This document shows positions 50,766 to 63,943 of a stretch of 64,000 nt of DNA, one piece after another. A program made the translations under genes and the position numbers. Where the stretch lies: contig CAVXYC010000015.1 of NCBI GenBank assembly GCA_963765765.1, positions 760,452-824,451 on the forward strand. Direction: 5' to 3'. The notes beneath the pieces are model-generated. The model was not told the DNA's origin and did not search any database. It saw only the letters and a list, made by a program, of their open reading frames with translations. Source of the DNA: an uncultured Chloroflexia bacterium. GTDB taxonomy: Bacteria; Chloroflexota; UBA6077; JACCZL01. Within the stretch, counting starts at the first letter, position 1. Every line of letters starts with the position of its first letter.

Positions 50766-51288
50766 TCACTTGCCGCCCTGCGGCGTTCAGCGCCTTGATC
50801 ACCTTGTCGGTGATGTCGACGCGCGGGCCGGCGAAGACCGCCTCCTGCAGGATCAGGTCGTACTTCTCGGCTGTCGAAGATCTGCTTGATGACCTTGTTG
50901 GCGCGCTCGACGACCGCGGCCAGCTCCTCGTTCTTGCGCTGGTTCAGGTCTTCCTGGAACTCGCGGCGCTTGCGCTGGAACTCGCGGTCCTGCTCGACCA
51001 GGTCGCGCTGGCGGCGGCTGCGCTCGGCCTCGGCCAGGGTCGGCGCGTCCTTGTCGAGCTTGTCGGCCGCGGCCTTCAGGCGGTTGGCCGACGTCGGTCA
51101 GCTCCTTCTCGCGCTTGCCGAACTCGGCCTCGAGCTTGGCCTGCGCGGCCTTCGCCGGGGCCGCGTCGCGCAGCACGCGCTCGCTGTTGACGTAGCCGAT
51201 CTTCAGTTCCTGCGCCTGCGACGCCGCCGGCGGCCAGCGCCAGCAGCGGCGGCCGCGACCAGCGGCTTGCACTGCGGATGCTTTTCAT
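50766..51288 (-). CDS. skp: Periplasmic chaperone Skp/OmpH, frameshifted
   Basis: LKIGYVNSERVLR, KLEAEF, DITDKVIK; position between bamA and lpxD. Confidence 0.9.
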
Positions 51289-53614
51289 CAGAACGCGGTC
51301 CCGATCTGGAATTGAAGCCGCTGGATTCTATCTTCGGGCTGCTTGCGGATCGGCGTGCCGTAGCTCAGCTTCAGCGGGCCCGACCGGCGAGATCCAGCTC
51401 AGGCCGACGCCGGCCGATGCGCGCAGGCTGTCGGCGGTGACCTTCTCGTCCTCGCCCCAGACGTTGCCGGCGTCGACGTAGCCGAACAGGCGCAGCGTCC
51501 GGTCGTTGCCGGTGCCCGGCACCGGCAGGTACAGCTCGCTGTTGAGGTTGAAGCGCCGGTTGCCGCCGATGTAGGCGCCGGTCACGTCGACCGGGCCGAG
51601 CGAGCCCTGGTCGAAGCCGCGCACCGTGCCGAGGCCGCCGCCGTAGAAGTTCTTGAAGATCGGGTAGCGGCCGGCCGCCCAGGCCCTTGCCCCAGCCGAT
51701 CTCGGCGTTGAGGCCGAGCGTGAAGCGCTTGGTCGAGCGGGATGTACTGCTGGTACCTGCAGCGTTGGCGCGCAGGTAGCGCGCGTCGCCGAGCACGCCC
51801 CAGTCGAGGTTGACGCGCTGGTAGCGGCCGGCGGTCGGCACCAGCGCGCTGTCGCGCCGGTCGCGCGTCCAGCCGAGCGTCAGCGGCACGCGTGCTGCTG
51901 GTCGCGCCGAACTGCTCGCGGTAGAGGAAGTAGTTGTTCGGCAGCGCCGTGTCGCCCTTGATCTCGGTGCGCTCGAAGCCGATGCCGAAGAAGACCGTGT
52001 CGTACTCGCTGAACGGCACGCCGAAGCGGATCGCGACGCCCGGCGTGACCAGCTGGTACTCCTCGCCCTGGCTGTTGAGCGGGCTGCGTCGGTGCGGTAG
52101 TAGATGTCGAAGGCGCGCGAGATGCCGTCGATCGTGAAGTACGGGTCGACCGTGCTGACGCACCAGCGTGCGGTTCGAACTTGCTGGTGTTGACCTCGAT
52201 GCCGAGGTAGTTGCCCGAGCCGAACACGTTCTCCTGCTTGATCGACGCCGTCAGCGACAGCTTGTCGGCCGACGAGAAGCCGGCGCCGAGCAGCAGGTTG
52301 CCGGTCGGCTTCTCCTTGATCGTGATCGTCAGGTCGACCTGGTCGGGCGTGCCCGGCACCTCGTTGGTGTCGACGTTGACTTCGCTGAAGTAGCCGAGGC
52401 GGTCGACGCGGTCGCGCGACAGCTTGATCTTGCGCGCCGTCGTACCAGCGACGACTCGAACTGGCGGAACTCGCGCCGCACGACCTCGTCGCGCGTGCGC
52501 GTGTTGCCGGCGACGTTGATGCGGCGCACGTAGACGCGGCGCTGCGGGTCGGCGACCAGCGCGAGCGCGACCTGGCCGTTGGCGCGGTCGATCTCGGGGC
52601 GCGCCTCGACCTTGCGCGAACGCGTAGCCGAAGGTGCCGAACCGCTCGACGAAGCGCCTGCGTCGTCTCGGCGACCGCCTCGGCGCGGTACGGCTCGCCC
52701 GGGCTGGATCGTGCACCAGCGTCTTGAAGTCGTCTTCCTTGCCGAGGTACTCGCCCTCGAGCTGCACGCCGGTCACGGTGTAGGGCTGGCCTTCGTTGAC
52801 GTTGATCGTGATCGTGATGTCCTGCTTGTCGGGCGAGATCGCGACCTGCGTCGACTCGACGTCGAACTCGAGGTAGCCGCGGTTCAGGTAGTAGGCGCGC
52901 AGCGTCTCGAGGTCGGCGTTGAGCTTGGCGCGCGAGTAGCGGTCGGCCTTGGTGTACCAGTTGAGCCAGCCGCCGTCGTTGAGGTCGAACAGGCCCTTCA
53001 GCGTGCCTTCGGAGAAGGCCTTGTTGCCGACGATGCGGATCTCGCGGATCTGCGCGGCCGCGCCTTCGGTGACGGTGAAGGTGACGTTGACGCGGTTGCG
53101 CTCGATGCGGCGTGACGGTGGTCACGACCTCGGCGCCGTAGAGGCTGCGCGTCAGGTACTGGCGCTTGAGCTCCTGCTCGGCGCGGTCGGCCAGCGCCTG
53201 GTCGAACGGCAGGCCTTCGCCGATGCCGAAGTCCTTGCAGCGACTTGATCAGCGTGTCCTTGTCGAACTCCTTCAGGCCGACGAAGTCGATGCTGGCGAT
53301 GACCGAGCGCTCCTCGACGATGACGACGACGACGCCGTCCTCGATCTCGATGCGCACGTCCTTGAACAGGCCGGTGGCGAACAGCGCGCGCAGCGCGGCG
53401 GCGCCCTTCTCGTCGGTGTAGGTGTCGCCGATGCGGAACGGCAGCGAGGCGAACACGGTGCCGGCGTCGGTGCGCTGCAGGCCTTCGACGCGGATGTCCT
53501 TCAGCACGAACGGCTCGACCGCCCAGGCGGAGCCGGCGTGCAGGGCGGCGGCGAGGGCGAGGCAGACGAGACGGACGGGCGGAACGAGGCGCGAGCGGCG
53601 AGGAGGAGTCGCAT
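51288..53614 (-). CDS. bamA: Outer membrane protein assembly factor BamA, frameshifted
   Basis: DIRVEGLQRT, LFATGLF, GNTRTRDEVVRRE, FYGGG..TVRGF, WISPVGP, C-terminal FQIGTAF. Confidence 0.95.
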
Positions 53615-53624
53615 GCGGAGTCGG

Positions 53625-55014
53625 TCAGTGCAGGCCCAGCAGGCGGGCCACGTCGTTGTAGAGGGCCAGGGACATCATCATGAGCATGATGGCGACCCCG
53701 CCGCGCTGCAGCCGGTCGAGCCACAACTCGGAGACCGGCCGCCCGGTCACACCCTCGAAAAGATAATACATCAGGTGTCCGCCATCGAGCATCGGCAGCG
53801 GCAGCAGGTTCAGCACCCCCAGGCTGACGCTGACGACGCGCCAGGAAGCCGAGGTAGTAGGCGAGGCCGAGGCGCGACCGACTGGCCCGCGTAGTCGGCG
53901 ATCGTCAGCGGCCCGCTGAGGTTCTTCAGCGAGGCCTCGCCGATCAGCATCTTGCCGAGCATCTTCAGCGTCAGCGCCGACATCTCCCAGGTCTGCGACG
54001 CGCCTTGCGCGAGGCCGTCGAGCGACGCCGTAGCGCACCGTCACCATCTCGGGCGGCTGGCCCGGGTAGAGCCTCGATGCGGCCGACGCGCTGCTCGTTC
54101 GTCGGCGACGACCGTCGGCGTGACCGCGAGCTCGAGCGCGCTGGCCGCCGCGCTCGACGCGCCAGCGCATCGGCGCGGCGCCGCCGCTGCGGCCGCTCGC
54201 GCGGATCAGCTCGCGCACGTCGCTGCGCATCGGCGATCGGCACGCCGTCGATGCTGAGCACGCGGTCGCCGGCGCGCAGGCCGGCCTTGTCGGCCGGGCC
54301 GCCGGCGCGCGACCTCGCCGAGCACCGGCTCGCTGAACGGCTGCGCCGATGCCGATGCGCTGCATCAGCTTGCGCATCGACCTCGCGCGCGTCGAGCGTG
54401 TCGAGCGGCAGCGCGACCGCGGCGCTGGCCGCGGCCGTCGCGGTCGGTCACCAGCAGCTGCAGCGGCTCGCCGTGCAGCACCGCCTGCGTGACCTCCCAG
54501 CGCAGGTCGGTCATCGAGCGCACGTCCTGCCACTGCGACGCCGTCGCGTCGACGTAGGCGCGCACCCAGTCGCCGGCGCGCAGGCCGGCGCGCTCGGCCA
54601 GGCTGCCGGCGGCCGGCGGGCCGAGCACGCGCCTTCGGCTCGTCGATGCCGATCCAGTGCGCCGCCGCATACAGCAGCACCGCGAGCAGCAGGTTGGCGG
54701 CCGGCCCGGCCGCGACGATCGCCGCGCGCTGCCGCAGCGGCTTGCGGTTGAAGGCGCGCGATGCTCGCTGGTCGGCGCGACCGGCGCCCTCGCGCTCGTC
54801 GAGCATGCGCACGTAGCCGCCGAGCGGCAGCGCGCAGACGCACGAACTCGGTCGCGTCCGGCGTGGCCTGGCGGCGCCACAGCACGCGGCCGAAGCCGAC
54901 CGAGAAGCGCAGCACCTTGACGCCGCAGGCGACCGCGACGCGGTAGTGGCCGTACTCGTGGATGACGATCAGCACGCCGAGCGTGAGCAGGAAGGCGAGG
55001 ACGGTGGTGATCAT
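53625..55014 (-). CDS. rseP: RIP metalloprotease RseP, frameshifted
   Basis: IHEYGHY, FSVGFG, PLGGYV, AGPAAN, NLLPLPMLDGGH. Confidence 0.95.
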
Positions 55015-56238
55015 GCGGCGAGGCCGTTCGACGAGCTGCGCGGCCTGCGCGGCGCGCGCCGCGCGTCGAGCTCGAGCAGGCCGTCGAGCGACGCGGTCGC
55101 GCCGGATCGCGGCAGCGACGGCCTCGACGGTGCCGGCGTTGACGCTGTGAATCTGGTCGAAGCGGATGGTTCCGGCGAGGAAGGCGGCGACCGCCTCCTC
55201 GTTGGCCGCGTTCAGCACCGCGGTGCTGCCGTGCGGCGCCGCGCAGCGCGTCCCACGCCAGGCGCAGGCCCGGGAAGCGCGCGAGGTCGGGCGCCTCGAA
55301 GGTCAGCGCGCCGAGCGTCGTCGAAGTCGAGCGCGCCGGCGCCCGACTCGATGCGCTCGGGGAACGACAGGCCGTAGGCGATCGGCACCCGCATGTCGGG
55401 CGTGCCGAGCTGCGCCAGCACCGAGTCGTCGCGGCACACGACCATCGAATGGACGATGCTCTGCGGATGGATCACGACCCGGATCTGCTCGGGCGCGAGG
55501 TCGAACAGCCAGCGCGCCTCGATCACCTCGAGCGCCTTGTTCATCATCGTCGCCGAGTCGACCGAGATCTTGCGGCCCATGACCCAGTTCGGATGCGCGC
55601 AGGCCTCGTCGGGCGTGACGTGGCGCAGCGTCGCCGGGTCGCGGCTGCGGAACGGCCCGCCGGACGCGGTCAGCACGATGTGGTCGATGCGCTCGCGGCC
55701 AGGCGCGCGCGGTCTTCGGGCAGGCACTGGAAGATCGCCGAGTGCTCGCTGTCGATCGGCAGCAGCGTCGCGCCGCCGTCGCGCACCGCCTCGCATGAAC
55801 AGCGCGCCGCCGACGACCAGCGCCTCCTTGTTGGCGAGCAGCAGGCGCTTGCCGGCGCGCGCGGCGGCCAGGCACGGCGCGAGGCCGGCGGCGCCGACGA
55901 TCGCGGCCATCACCGCGTCGACATCGGGATGCGCGGCGAGCTCGCACAGCGCCTGCGGCGCCGGCCAGCGACCTCGGTGCCGATGCCCTGCGTCGCGCAG
56001 CCGCTCGCGCAGCGCGCGCGCCGCGCCGCGTCGGTCGGCACCGCGGCATAGCGCGGCCGCCAGCGCACGCATTGCTGCGAACAGCGTCGTCGATGCGGCT
56101 GCTGCGCCGTCAGCGCGAACGACCTCGAAGCGCTCCGGATGGCGCGCGATCACGTCGAGCGTGCTGGTGCCGACCGAGCCGGTCGCGCCGAGGATGCAGA
56201 CGCGGCTGACGCGACTGGGTCGAGCGACTGCGCCGTCA
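55011..56238 (-). CDS. dxr: 1-deoxy-D-xylulose-5-phosphate reductoisomerase, frameshifted
   Basis: [53 protein letters not shown]. Confidence 0.95.
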
Positions 56239-57086
56239 CGAGCCGACGACTCAGCGCCAGCGCCGATCGGGAACACCGGCAGCAGCGCATCGATGCGGTC
56301 GAGCACGCCGCCGTGGCCGGGCAGCAGCCGACTGCTGTCCTTGGCGCCGGCGCTGCGCTTGACCAGCGACTCGAACAGGTCGCCGACGACGCTCATCGCG
56401 GCCAGGAACACGACCAGCCAGCGCCAGCGCCGACGACGCCGAAGCGCTCGAGCAGCCGCGCGTAGAGGCTCGGCCGAATCGACCGCGACACGGCGCTCGA
56501 CCAGCAGCCAGACGGCCGCCAGCACCAGCGCGCCGACCATGCCGCTCCAGACGCCTTCCCAGCTCTTGCCGGGGCTGATCGACGGCGCCAGCTTGCGCTT
56601 GCCGAACGCCCGGCCGCCGAAGTAGGCCGCGATGTCGGCGGCCCAGACCAGGCAGAACACCGAGAGGATGAAGTTGATGCCCGATCGCCTTGGCGTTGCC
56701 AGCGCCAGCCAGGCGGTCCACAGCAGCGACCAGGCCGACGCGCGACGCGCAGGCCCTGCGGCAGCTGCGGCCAGGCCGACGGCGCCGCCGCGCAGCAGCC
56801 AGGCGCCGCCCAGCACCCACACCAGCGTCGCGATCCACCACGCGCGGCGCCGGCGCGCGCGGCGCCCCAGCCGGCCCAGAGCGCAGCGGCGCAGGCGGCG
56901 CCGAGCGCAGCGCCGAGCGCCGATCGCCGAGCGCCGGCGGCGCCGTTCAGGCGCGCCCACTCCCAGCCGGCCGCGCCGAATCCGAGCAAGCGTGAGCAGC
57001 GCGAACGGCCAGGCCGGCGGCGCGAACAGCGTCGGCAGCAGCAACGCGAGCAGGACCAGCGCGGTGATGACCCGTTGCTTCAGCAT
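56236..57086 (-). CDS. cdsA: Phosphatidate cytidylyltransferase, frameshifted
   Basis: MLKQRVITA, ADIAAYFGG, SPGKSWEG, GDLFESLVKR...KDSSRLLPGHGGVLDRID. Confidence 0.95.
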
Positions 57087-57088
57087 GC

Positions 57089-57876
57089 TCAGGTCGCTCG
57101 CGTCGCGGCCGTACTCGGCCAGCGTCGGCACGGCGCCGAAGCGGCGCTCGCGGCTGCGCGTACTGGCCGAGCGCCGCGTCGAGTTCGGCTCGGGCCGAAC
57201 TCGGGCCACAGGCAGTCGGTGAAGACGAGCTCGGAGTACGCGGCCTGCCAGAGCAGGAAGTTGCTGATCCGCACTTCGCCGCCGGTGCGGATGAACAGGT
57301 CCGGATCGGGCGCGTAGCTCAGCGCCATGTAGCTGTTCAGCGTCGCCTCGTCGAGCTGCGTCGGCGCGGCACGCCGTCGGCGATGGCCTGGCGGCAGGCC
57401 TGGACGATGTCCCAGCGGCCGCCGTAGTTGAACGCGACCGACAGCGTGATGCGCGTGTTGTGGCGCGTGCTCGACTCGGCGTGCTCCCAGGCGTCGCGCA
57501 GCTTGTCGGAGACCTGGCTGCGGTCGCCGACGATGCGGATGCGCACGCCGTCGCCGGCCAGCTTGGCGAGGTACTTCGCGACCGCGACCAGCACCAGGCC
57601 CATCAGGCCGGAGACCTCTTCGGTCGGCCGCTTCCAGTTCTCCGACGAGAACGCGAACACGGTCAGGTACTCGATGCCGCGGTCGGCGCAGGCGAGCACC
57701 GTGCGCACCAGCGCATCGACGCCCTGCTTGTGGCCGAAGAAGCGCGGCATGAAGCGCTTCTTCGCCCAGCGGCCGTTGCCGTCCATGACGATCGCCACAT
57801 GGCGGGGAACGCTCGCGCGCGGCTCGGCCGGATCGCTCAAGGTCGCAGAAAGGTTCGTGATGACGTCGCGGAACAC
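57089..57876 (-). CDS. uppS: Undecaprenyl diphosphate synthase, frameshifted
   Basis: [55 protein letters not shown]. Confidence 0.95.
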
Positions 57877-57879
57877 GGC

Positions 57880-58444
57880 TCAGACGGCCATGATCTCCGC
57901 TTCCTTGGCGGCGGTCAGGCGGTCGATCTCGGCGATCATCCGGTCGGTCATGCGCTGCATCTCGTCGAGCGAGCGGCGCTCCTCGTCCTCGCGAGATCTG
58001 CTTGTCCTTCAGCAGCTTCTTGGCATGCTCGTTGGCGTCGCGGCGCAGGTTGCGCACCGCGATCTTCGGAGTCCTCGCCGGCGTGGCGCACGACCTTGCG
58101 TCAGGTCGCGCCGGCGCTCCTCGGTCAGCGGCGGCATCGGCACGCGCAGCAGGTCGCCCTGCGCCGCCGGATTCAGGCCGAGATCGCGATTCGCGGATCG
58201 CCTTCTCGATCTTCGCGCCCATGCCCTTCTCCCACGGCTGCACGCTGATCGTGCGCGCGTCGAGCAGCGTCACGTTGGCGACCTGGCTGATCGGCACCAT
58301 CGAGCCGTAGTAGTCGACGTGCACCTGGTCGAGGATGCCCGGGTGGGCGCGGCCGGTGCGGATCTTCTGCAGTTCGTTCTTGAACGCCTCGATCGACCGC
58401 GCCATCTTCTGCTCGGCGGTCTTCTTGATGTCGGCAATGGTCAT
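57880..58444 (-). CDS. frr: Ribosome recycling factor, frameshifted
   Basis: [27 protein letters not shown]. Confidence 0.95.
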
Positions 58445-58459
58445 CGTTGCACCTCTGTC

Positions 58460-59170
58460 CTAGACGTGGACGAGCGTGCCCTCGTCCTCTCCCACCACGA
58501 CGCGCCTCAGTGCGCCGGGCTTGAAGATGCTGAACACGCGGATCGGCAGCTTCTGGTCGCGGCACAGCGCGAACGCGGTCGCGTCCATCACCTGCAGGTT
58601 GCGGGTGATCGCCTCGTCGAACGTGATCTGGCGGTAGCGCGTCGCGGTCGGGTCCTTCGCCGGATCGGCGGTGTAGACGCCGTCGACCTTGGTCGCCTTC
58701 AGCACGATCTGCGCGCCGATCTCGGCGCCGCGCAGCGCGGCCGCGGTGTCGGTCGTGAAGAACGGGTTGCCGGTGCCGGCCGCGAACACGACGACCTTGC
58801 CTTCTTCGAGGTACTGCAGCGCCTTCGGCCGCACGTACGGCTCGACCACCTGCTCGATGGCGATCGCCGACATCACGCGCGCCGTCATGCCTTCCTGGCG
58901 CATCGTGTCGGCGAGCGCCAGCGCGTTCATCACGGTCGCCAGCATGCCCATGTAGTCGGCGGTGGCGCGGTCCATGCCGACCGCGCCGCCGGCGACGCCG
59001 CGGAAGATGTTGCCGCCGCCGATGACGGCCGCCACCTCGACGCCGAGCCGCGTGACCTCCTGGATCTCGCGCACCATGCGCACGATCGTCGCGCGGTTGA
59101 TCCCGTACGCATCGTCGCCCATCAACGCTTCGCCGGAAAGCTTGAGCAGGATGCGCTTGTACGCCGCCAT
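58460..59170 (-). CDS. pyrH: UMP kinase
   Basis: Intact 236 aa; [30 protein letters not shown]. Confidence 0.97.
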   Translation of the reverse strand: MAAYKRILLKLSGEALMGDDAYGINRATIVRMVREIQEVTRLGVEVAAVIGGGNIFRGVAGGAVGMDRATADYMGMLATVMNALALADTMRQEGMTARVMSAIAIEQVVEPYVRPKALQYLEEGKVVVFAAGTGNPFFTTDTAAALRGAEIGAQIVLKATKVDGVYTADPAKDPTATRYRQITFDEAITRNLQVMDATAFALCRDQKLPIRVFSIFKPGALRRVVVGEDEGTLVHV

Positions 59171-59266
59171 GCGGGACTCCTCAGTAAGGCGCCTCGTATT
59201 CTTTCACGGGGCGCCCGAGTCTAATCGCCCCGCACCGTCGCTCGACCCTCGCCGCGCGACGCGACG

Positions 59267-60191
59267 TCACGCGCCCTTGGCCGCGGCGACCTGCGCCGCC
59301 ACCTCGGCCGCGAAGTCGTCGACCTTCTTCTCGATGCCTTCGCCGACGACGTAGAGCGTGAAGCCCTTGATCCGGGTCGCGCGCTCCTTCAGCATCTGCT
59401 CGACGGTCTGCTTGTCGTTCTTGACGAAGGCCTGGTTGAAGAGGCTGACCTCCTTCAGGTACTTCGCGACCGAGCCCTCGACGCGCTTCGCGACGATCTC
59501 GGGCGACTGCACCGGCTTGCCGTCGGCCTTGGCCTTGTCGGCGTCTTCGGCGGCCTTCTGGGTCGCGATGCGCCGCTCGGTGTCGATCAGCGTCTGCCGG
59601 CACGTCGGCCGACGACAGCGCGACCGGCTTCATCGCGGCGACGTGCATCGCGACGTCCTTGGCCGCCGACCTCGTCGCCGTCGAACTCGACCAGCACGCC
59701 GATCCGGGTGCCGTGCAGGTAGCTCGCGAGGCGGCCGCCGCCGGCATAGCGCTTGAAGCGACGGATCGACATGTTCTCGCCGATCTTGCCGATCAGGCCC
59801 TTGCGCACGTCTTCGACCGTCGGGCCGAAGCTGTCCTGCTCGTAGGGCAGCGCGGACAGCGCGGCGACGTCGGCCGGATCGCTCTTCGGCGACCAGGTCG
59901 GCGCAGGCCTTCGCGAACGCGAGGAACGAATCGTTCTTGCTGACGAAGTCGGTCTCGCAGTTGACCTCGACCATCGCGCCGGTCGCTGCCGTCGACGCTG
60001 GCGGCGACGACGCCTTCGGCGGTGATGCGGGCGGCGGCCTTGCCGGCCTTGCTGCCGAGCTTGACGCGCAGCAGCTCCTCGGCGCGCTCCATGTCGCCGT
60101 CGGCTTCGGCAAGCGCCTTCTTGCACTCCATCATCGGGGCGTCGGTCTTCGCGCGCAGCGCGCCGACCATGCTTGCAGTGATTGCTGCCAT
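59267..60191 (-). CDS. tsf: Elongation factor Ts, frameshifted
   Basis: [52 protein letters not shown]. Confidence 0.95.
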
Positions 60192-60252
60192 CTTGCTACT
60201 CCGTTGTGTTGCCGTCCGTGGCCGCATCGCAGGCAGCATGCGGTCCGCCTAG

Positions 60253-60277
60253 AAAAAAAGGGGCTGGCAGCCCCTTT
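60253..60277 (-). terminator. Intrinsic terminator/attenuator between rpsB and tsf
   Basis: Minus strand AAAGGGGCTG-C-CAGCCCCTTTTTTT. Confidence 0.75.
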
Positions 60278-60312
60278 GATCGCTCGCCGCGGGCGATGCG
60301 GGGCGTGGTCGC

Positions 60313-61056
60313 CTAGGCGGCTTCGTTGACCTCGACGAACTCGTCGCCTTCGGCCGCGATCGACTGGACCATCTCGTTGGTCGCGTTGGCCTTGCCTTCG
60401 AGCACCGCATCGGCGACCGCGCGCGCATACAGCGCGACCGCCTTCGACGAGTCGTCGTTGCCCGGGATCACGTAGTCGATGCCGATCGGCGAATGGTTCG
60501 AGTCGACGACGCCGATGATCGGGATGCCGAGCTTCTGCGCCTCGGCGACCGCGATCTTGTGGAAGCCGACGTCGATCACGAACATCGCGTCGGGCAGCGC
60601 GTTCATGTCCTGGATGCCGCCGATGTCCTTCTCGAGCTTGACGAGCTCGCGCTGGAACATCAGCGCTTCCTTCTTGATGCGGATCTCGGTGCCGGCCTCG
60701 ATCTGCGCCTTCATGTCCTTCAGGCGCTTCAGCGAGCCCTTCACGGTCTTGAAGTTGGTCAGCATGCCGCCGAGCCAGCGCTGGTCGACGTACGGCATGC
60801 CGCAGCGCTTGGCTTCGGCGGCGATCACGTCGCGCGCCTGGCGCTTGGTGCCGATCATCAGGATCGTGCCGCGGCGAGCAGCGAGCTGGCGGATGAATTT
60901 CATCGCGTCGATGAAGAGCGGCTGCGTCTTCTCGAGGTTGATGATGTGAATCTTGTTCCGGTGGCCGTAGATATACGGGGCCATCTTCGGATTCCAGAAG
61001 CGGGTCTGGTGTCCGAAATGGACGCCGGCTTCCAGCATTTCGCGCATCGTGATCAT
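60313..61056 (-). CDS. rpsB: 30S ribosomal protein S2
   Basis: Intact; [35 protein letters not shown]. Confidence 0.97.
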   Translation of the reverse strand: MITMREMLEAGVHFGHQTRFWNPKMAPYIYGHRNKIHIINLEKTQPLFIDAMKFIRQLAARRGTILMIGTKRQARDVIAAEAKRCGMPYVDQRWLGGMLTNFKTVKGSLKRLKDMKAQIEAGTEIRIKKEALMFQRELVKLEKDIGGIQDMNALPDAMFVIDVGFHKIAVAEAQKLGIPIIGVVDSNHSPIGIDYVIPGNDDSSKAVALYARAVADAVLEGKANATNEMVQSIAAEGDEFVEVNEAA

Positions 61057-61221
61057 CAGAGTTTTCCAAAAGGTTGGTTCTAGAATCCGGCTCGAATCGA
61101 AGCGCAATGCATTCCGAAGAATGCTTCGCCGCAACACCTTGAGAGAACCGGTTCGGGATTTGTCTTTCCGGTGCGGCACGGCCCGCGGACCTGCCAGGAG
61201 AAAAACCTGTCGATTGTAGCA
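61057..61221 (-). promoter_or_regulatory. rpsB extended -10 promoter and long 5' leader (probable S2 autoregulatory leader)
   Basis: Minus-strand TGCTACAAT at 61213-61221; ~150-nt lower-GC non-coding leader before rpsB. Confidence 0.55.
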
Positions 61222-61226
61222 TCCCG

Positions 61227-62594
61227 ATGACGGCCGCCGACCTGGTCGGCCTGCGTGCCGAGATCGCGGCGGGCCGCGAAACCGCCGTCGGCCTGCTCGA
61301 ACGATCGATCGAGGCGGCCGGCACGCTCGACCTGCCAGCGCGCCTTCCTGCTGCCGACGTTCGACAGCCGCCTTCGACGCCGCGCGTCGGGCCGACGAGA
61401 TGCGCGCCGGCACGCTGGCACGCTGCCCCCGCTCGGCGGTCTCGCGGTGTCGATCAAGGACCTGTTCGACGTCGCCGGCGAAGTCGACCGCGGCCGGCTC
61501 GAAGGTTCTCGCCGACGACGCGCCGCCGCCGCCGATTGTCCGGCCGTGGCGCGCCTGCGCGCGGCCGGCGCCGCGCTTGATCGGCCGCACCAACATGAGC
61601 GAGTTCGCCTTTTCCGGCGTCGGCATCAACCCGCACCACGGCACGCCGGTCAATGCCGCCGCAGCGGCGCTCGGTCCGGTGCTCCGCATCCCGGCGGCTC
61701 GACTTCGGGCGGCGCGACGTCGGTCGCGGCCGGCGCGGCCTGGGCCGCACTCGGCTCCGACACCGGCGGCTCGATCCGCATCCCGGCCGCGCTGCAAGGG
61801 GTCGTCGGCTTCAAGAACACCGCGCGACTGACCCCCGCCGAGGGCGCGATCCCGCTGTCGCCGACGCTCGACACCGTCTCGGCCATCACGCGCTCGGTCC
61901 GCGACGCGGTCCTGCTGCACGAGACCCTGGCGGCACGCACCGTCGAGCTGCCGCGGCGACCGCTGAGCGCCTGCCGCTTCATGGTCCCGCAGACGCTGAT
62001 GCTGGACGCGCTCGAGCCCGCCGTCGCGGCCGCCTTCGAGCGCGGCGCTGGCGGCGCTAGCCGCGCCGGCGCGCAGATCGTTGACGTGCGCGTTGCCGCC
62101 GCTCGCCGAAGTCGCGGCGATCAACGCGACGGGCGGCTTCTCGCCGGCCGAGAGCTGGGCCTGGCACCGCGCCCGCCTGGCCACCGACGAGGCGCGCTAC
62201 GACCCGCGCGTCGCGGTGCGCATCCGGCGCGGCGCATCGATGAGCGCCGCCGACTACATCGACCTGCTTGCCGCGCGGCGCGCCTGGATCGCGACGGATG
62301 GAAGCTGCGCTCGACGGCTTCGATGCGCTGCTCAGCCCGACCGTGCCGCTGCGTGGCACCCGAGCTTGCGCCGCTGGTCGCCAGCGACGAGCGGTTCTTC
62401 GCGACCAACGGCCTGCTGCTTCGCAATCCGTCGGTGGTGAACCTGCTCGACGGCTGCGCGCTCTCCCTGCCTTGTCACGAGCCCGGACAGTTGCCGGTCG
62501 GCCTGATGGTGTGGAGCAGCGCGCATGCGCGACGACGCCGTCCTCGATGCCGGCCTGGCGATCGAGACCGCATTGACGCGCGCGCGACCGCTGA
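61227..62594 (+). CDS. Amidase-signature family protein, frameshifted
   Basis: [39 protein letters not shown]. Confidence 0.9.
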
Positions 62595-62596
62595 GC

Positions 62597-63943
62597 ATGC
62601 GGATCGCAGTCGTCGGCGCCGGCATCATCGGCGTCACCACCGCCTACGAGCTGAGCGTCGAGGGGCACGAGGTCACAGTGTTCGAGCGCCGTGCAGGGGT
62701 GGCCGCCGAGACCAGCTTCGCGAATGCCGGCCTCGTCGCGCCGGGCTATGTGACGCCGTGGGCTGCGCCCGGCATGCCGGGCAAGGTGCTGCGCCACCTT
62801 TTCAGCCGCCACGCGCCGGTCCGGCTGCATGCCGAACCTCGACCTCGCGCTGGGGACTGGCACTGGTGGCGCGCCTGCCGGCCCGAGAGCCATCAGGCCA
62901 ATCGCCTGCGCATGCAGCGTCTCGCGTTCTTCAGCCGCGACCGGCTGCAGGACGTCACGCGTCATCTGCGCCTCGAGTACGAGCACCGCGCCGGGTTACC
63001 TCGTGCTGCTGCGCAACCGCGAAGGACCTCGCGATGGTCGAGCCGGGGCTGGCGACCCTGACGACGCTCGGCACCCGCTTCGAGCGGCTCGACGCGGCGC
63101 AGTGCCGCGACGATCGAGCCGGGGCTGTGCGCCGACACCGCGCTGCATGCCGGCATCCACCTGCCGGACGACGAGGTCGGCAACTGCCGCCAGTTCGCGA
63201 TGCTGCTGCGCAAGCAGGCCGAGCGCATCGGCGCGCGCTTTCGCTTCAACACGACGGTCGAGCGGCTCGAACCGGCACGCGAAGCCGCGGCCTGGTCGTG
63301 CGGCGCGCCCCGCATGCGCCGTCGACCCGCACCGCGAGCCGCGTCGCCGGCGAAGTGCGCCGAGCTTGGCCCGACACCGAGCCGCTGGTGCCGGACGCCG
63401 CACCCGAGGAATTCGACGCGGTCGTCCTCTGCGCGGCGCTCGGCGCCGTGCCGCTGCTGCGACCGCTCGGCCTGCGCCTGCCACTGCAGGCGGTCTACGG
63501 CTACTCGATCACCGCGCCGCTGCGCGCGCGAGGACGATCCGACTTCGGTCCGCGCTCGGCGCTGATGGACGAGCGCTACAAGGTCGCGATCAGCCGCATC
63601 GGCAACGCGCATCCGCGTCGCCGGCAGCGCCGAACTCGGCGGCTCGCCGACCGAACACCACCCGGGCGCGCTGGCGACGCTGCACAAGGTGCTGAACGAC
63701 TGGTTTCCGGGGACCGCGCGGATGTCGCAGGCGCAGACCTGGAAAGGCGCCCGGCCGATGCTGCCGGACGGACCGCCGGTGCTCGGCGCGAGCGGCTTGC
63801 CGGGCATCTGGGTCAACCTCGGCCACGGCTCGAGCGGCTGGGCGCTGGCCTGCGGATCGGCGCGCGTCGTGGCCGACGCGATGGCCGGGCGGCCGTCGCC
63901 GATCGACACCGAAGGACTCGGCCTGGACCGATTGCGTCGCTGA
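62597..63943 (+). CDS. dadA: D-amino acid dehydrogenase (DadA-like FAD oxidoreductase), frameshifted
   Basis: IAVVGAGIIGVTTAY, ETSFANAG, GYSITAP, WKGARPMLPDGPP, NLGHGSSGW. Confidence 0.8.

Noticed and set aside
55212-57209. Apparent CdsA-Dxr fusion (665 aa)
   Set aside because: These are standard separate genes of the cluster, joined by indel errors.
60313-62184. 623-aa ORF giving RpsB a long N-terminal extension
   Set aside because: The extension is the antisense of the amidase gene plus the rpsB leader; the canonical start is at 61056.
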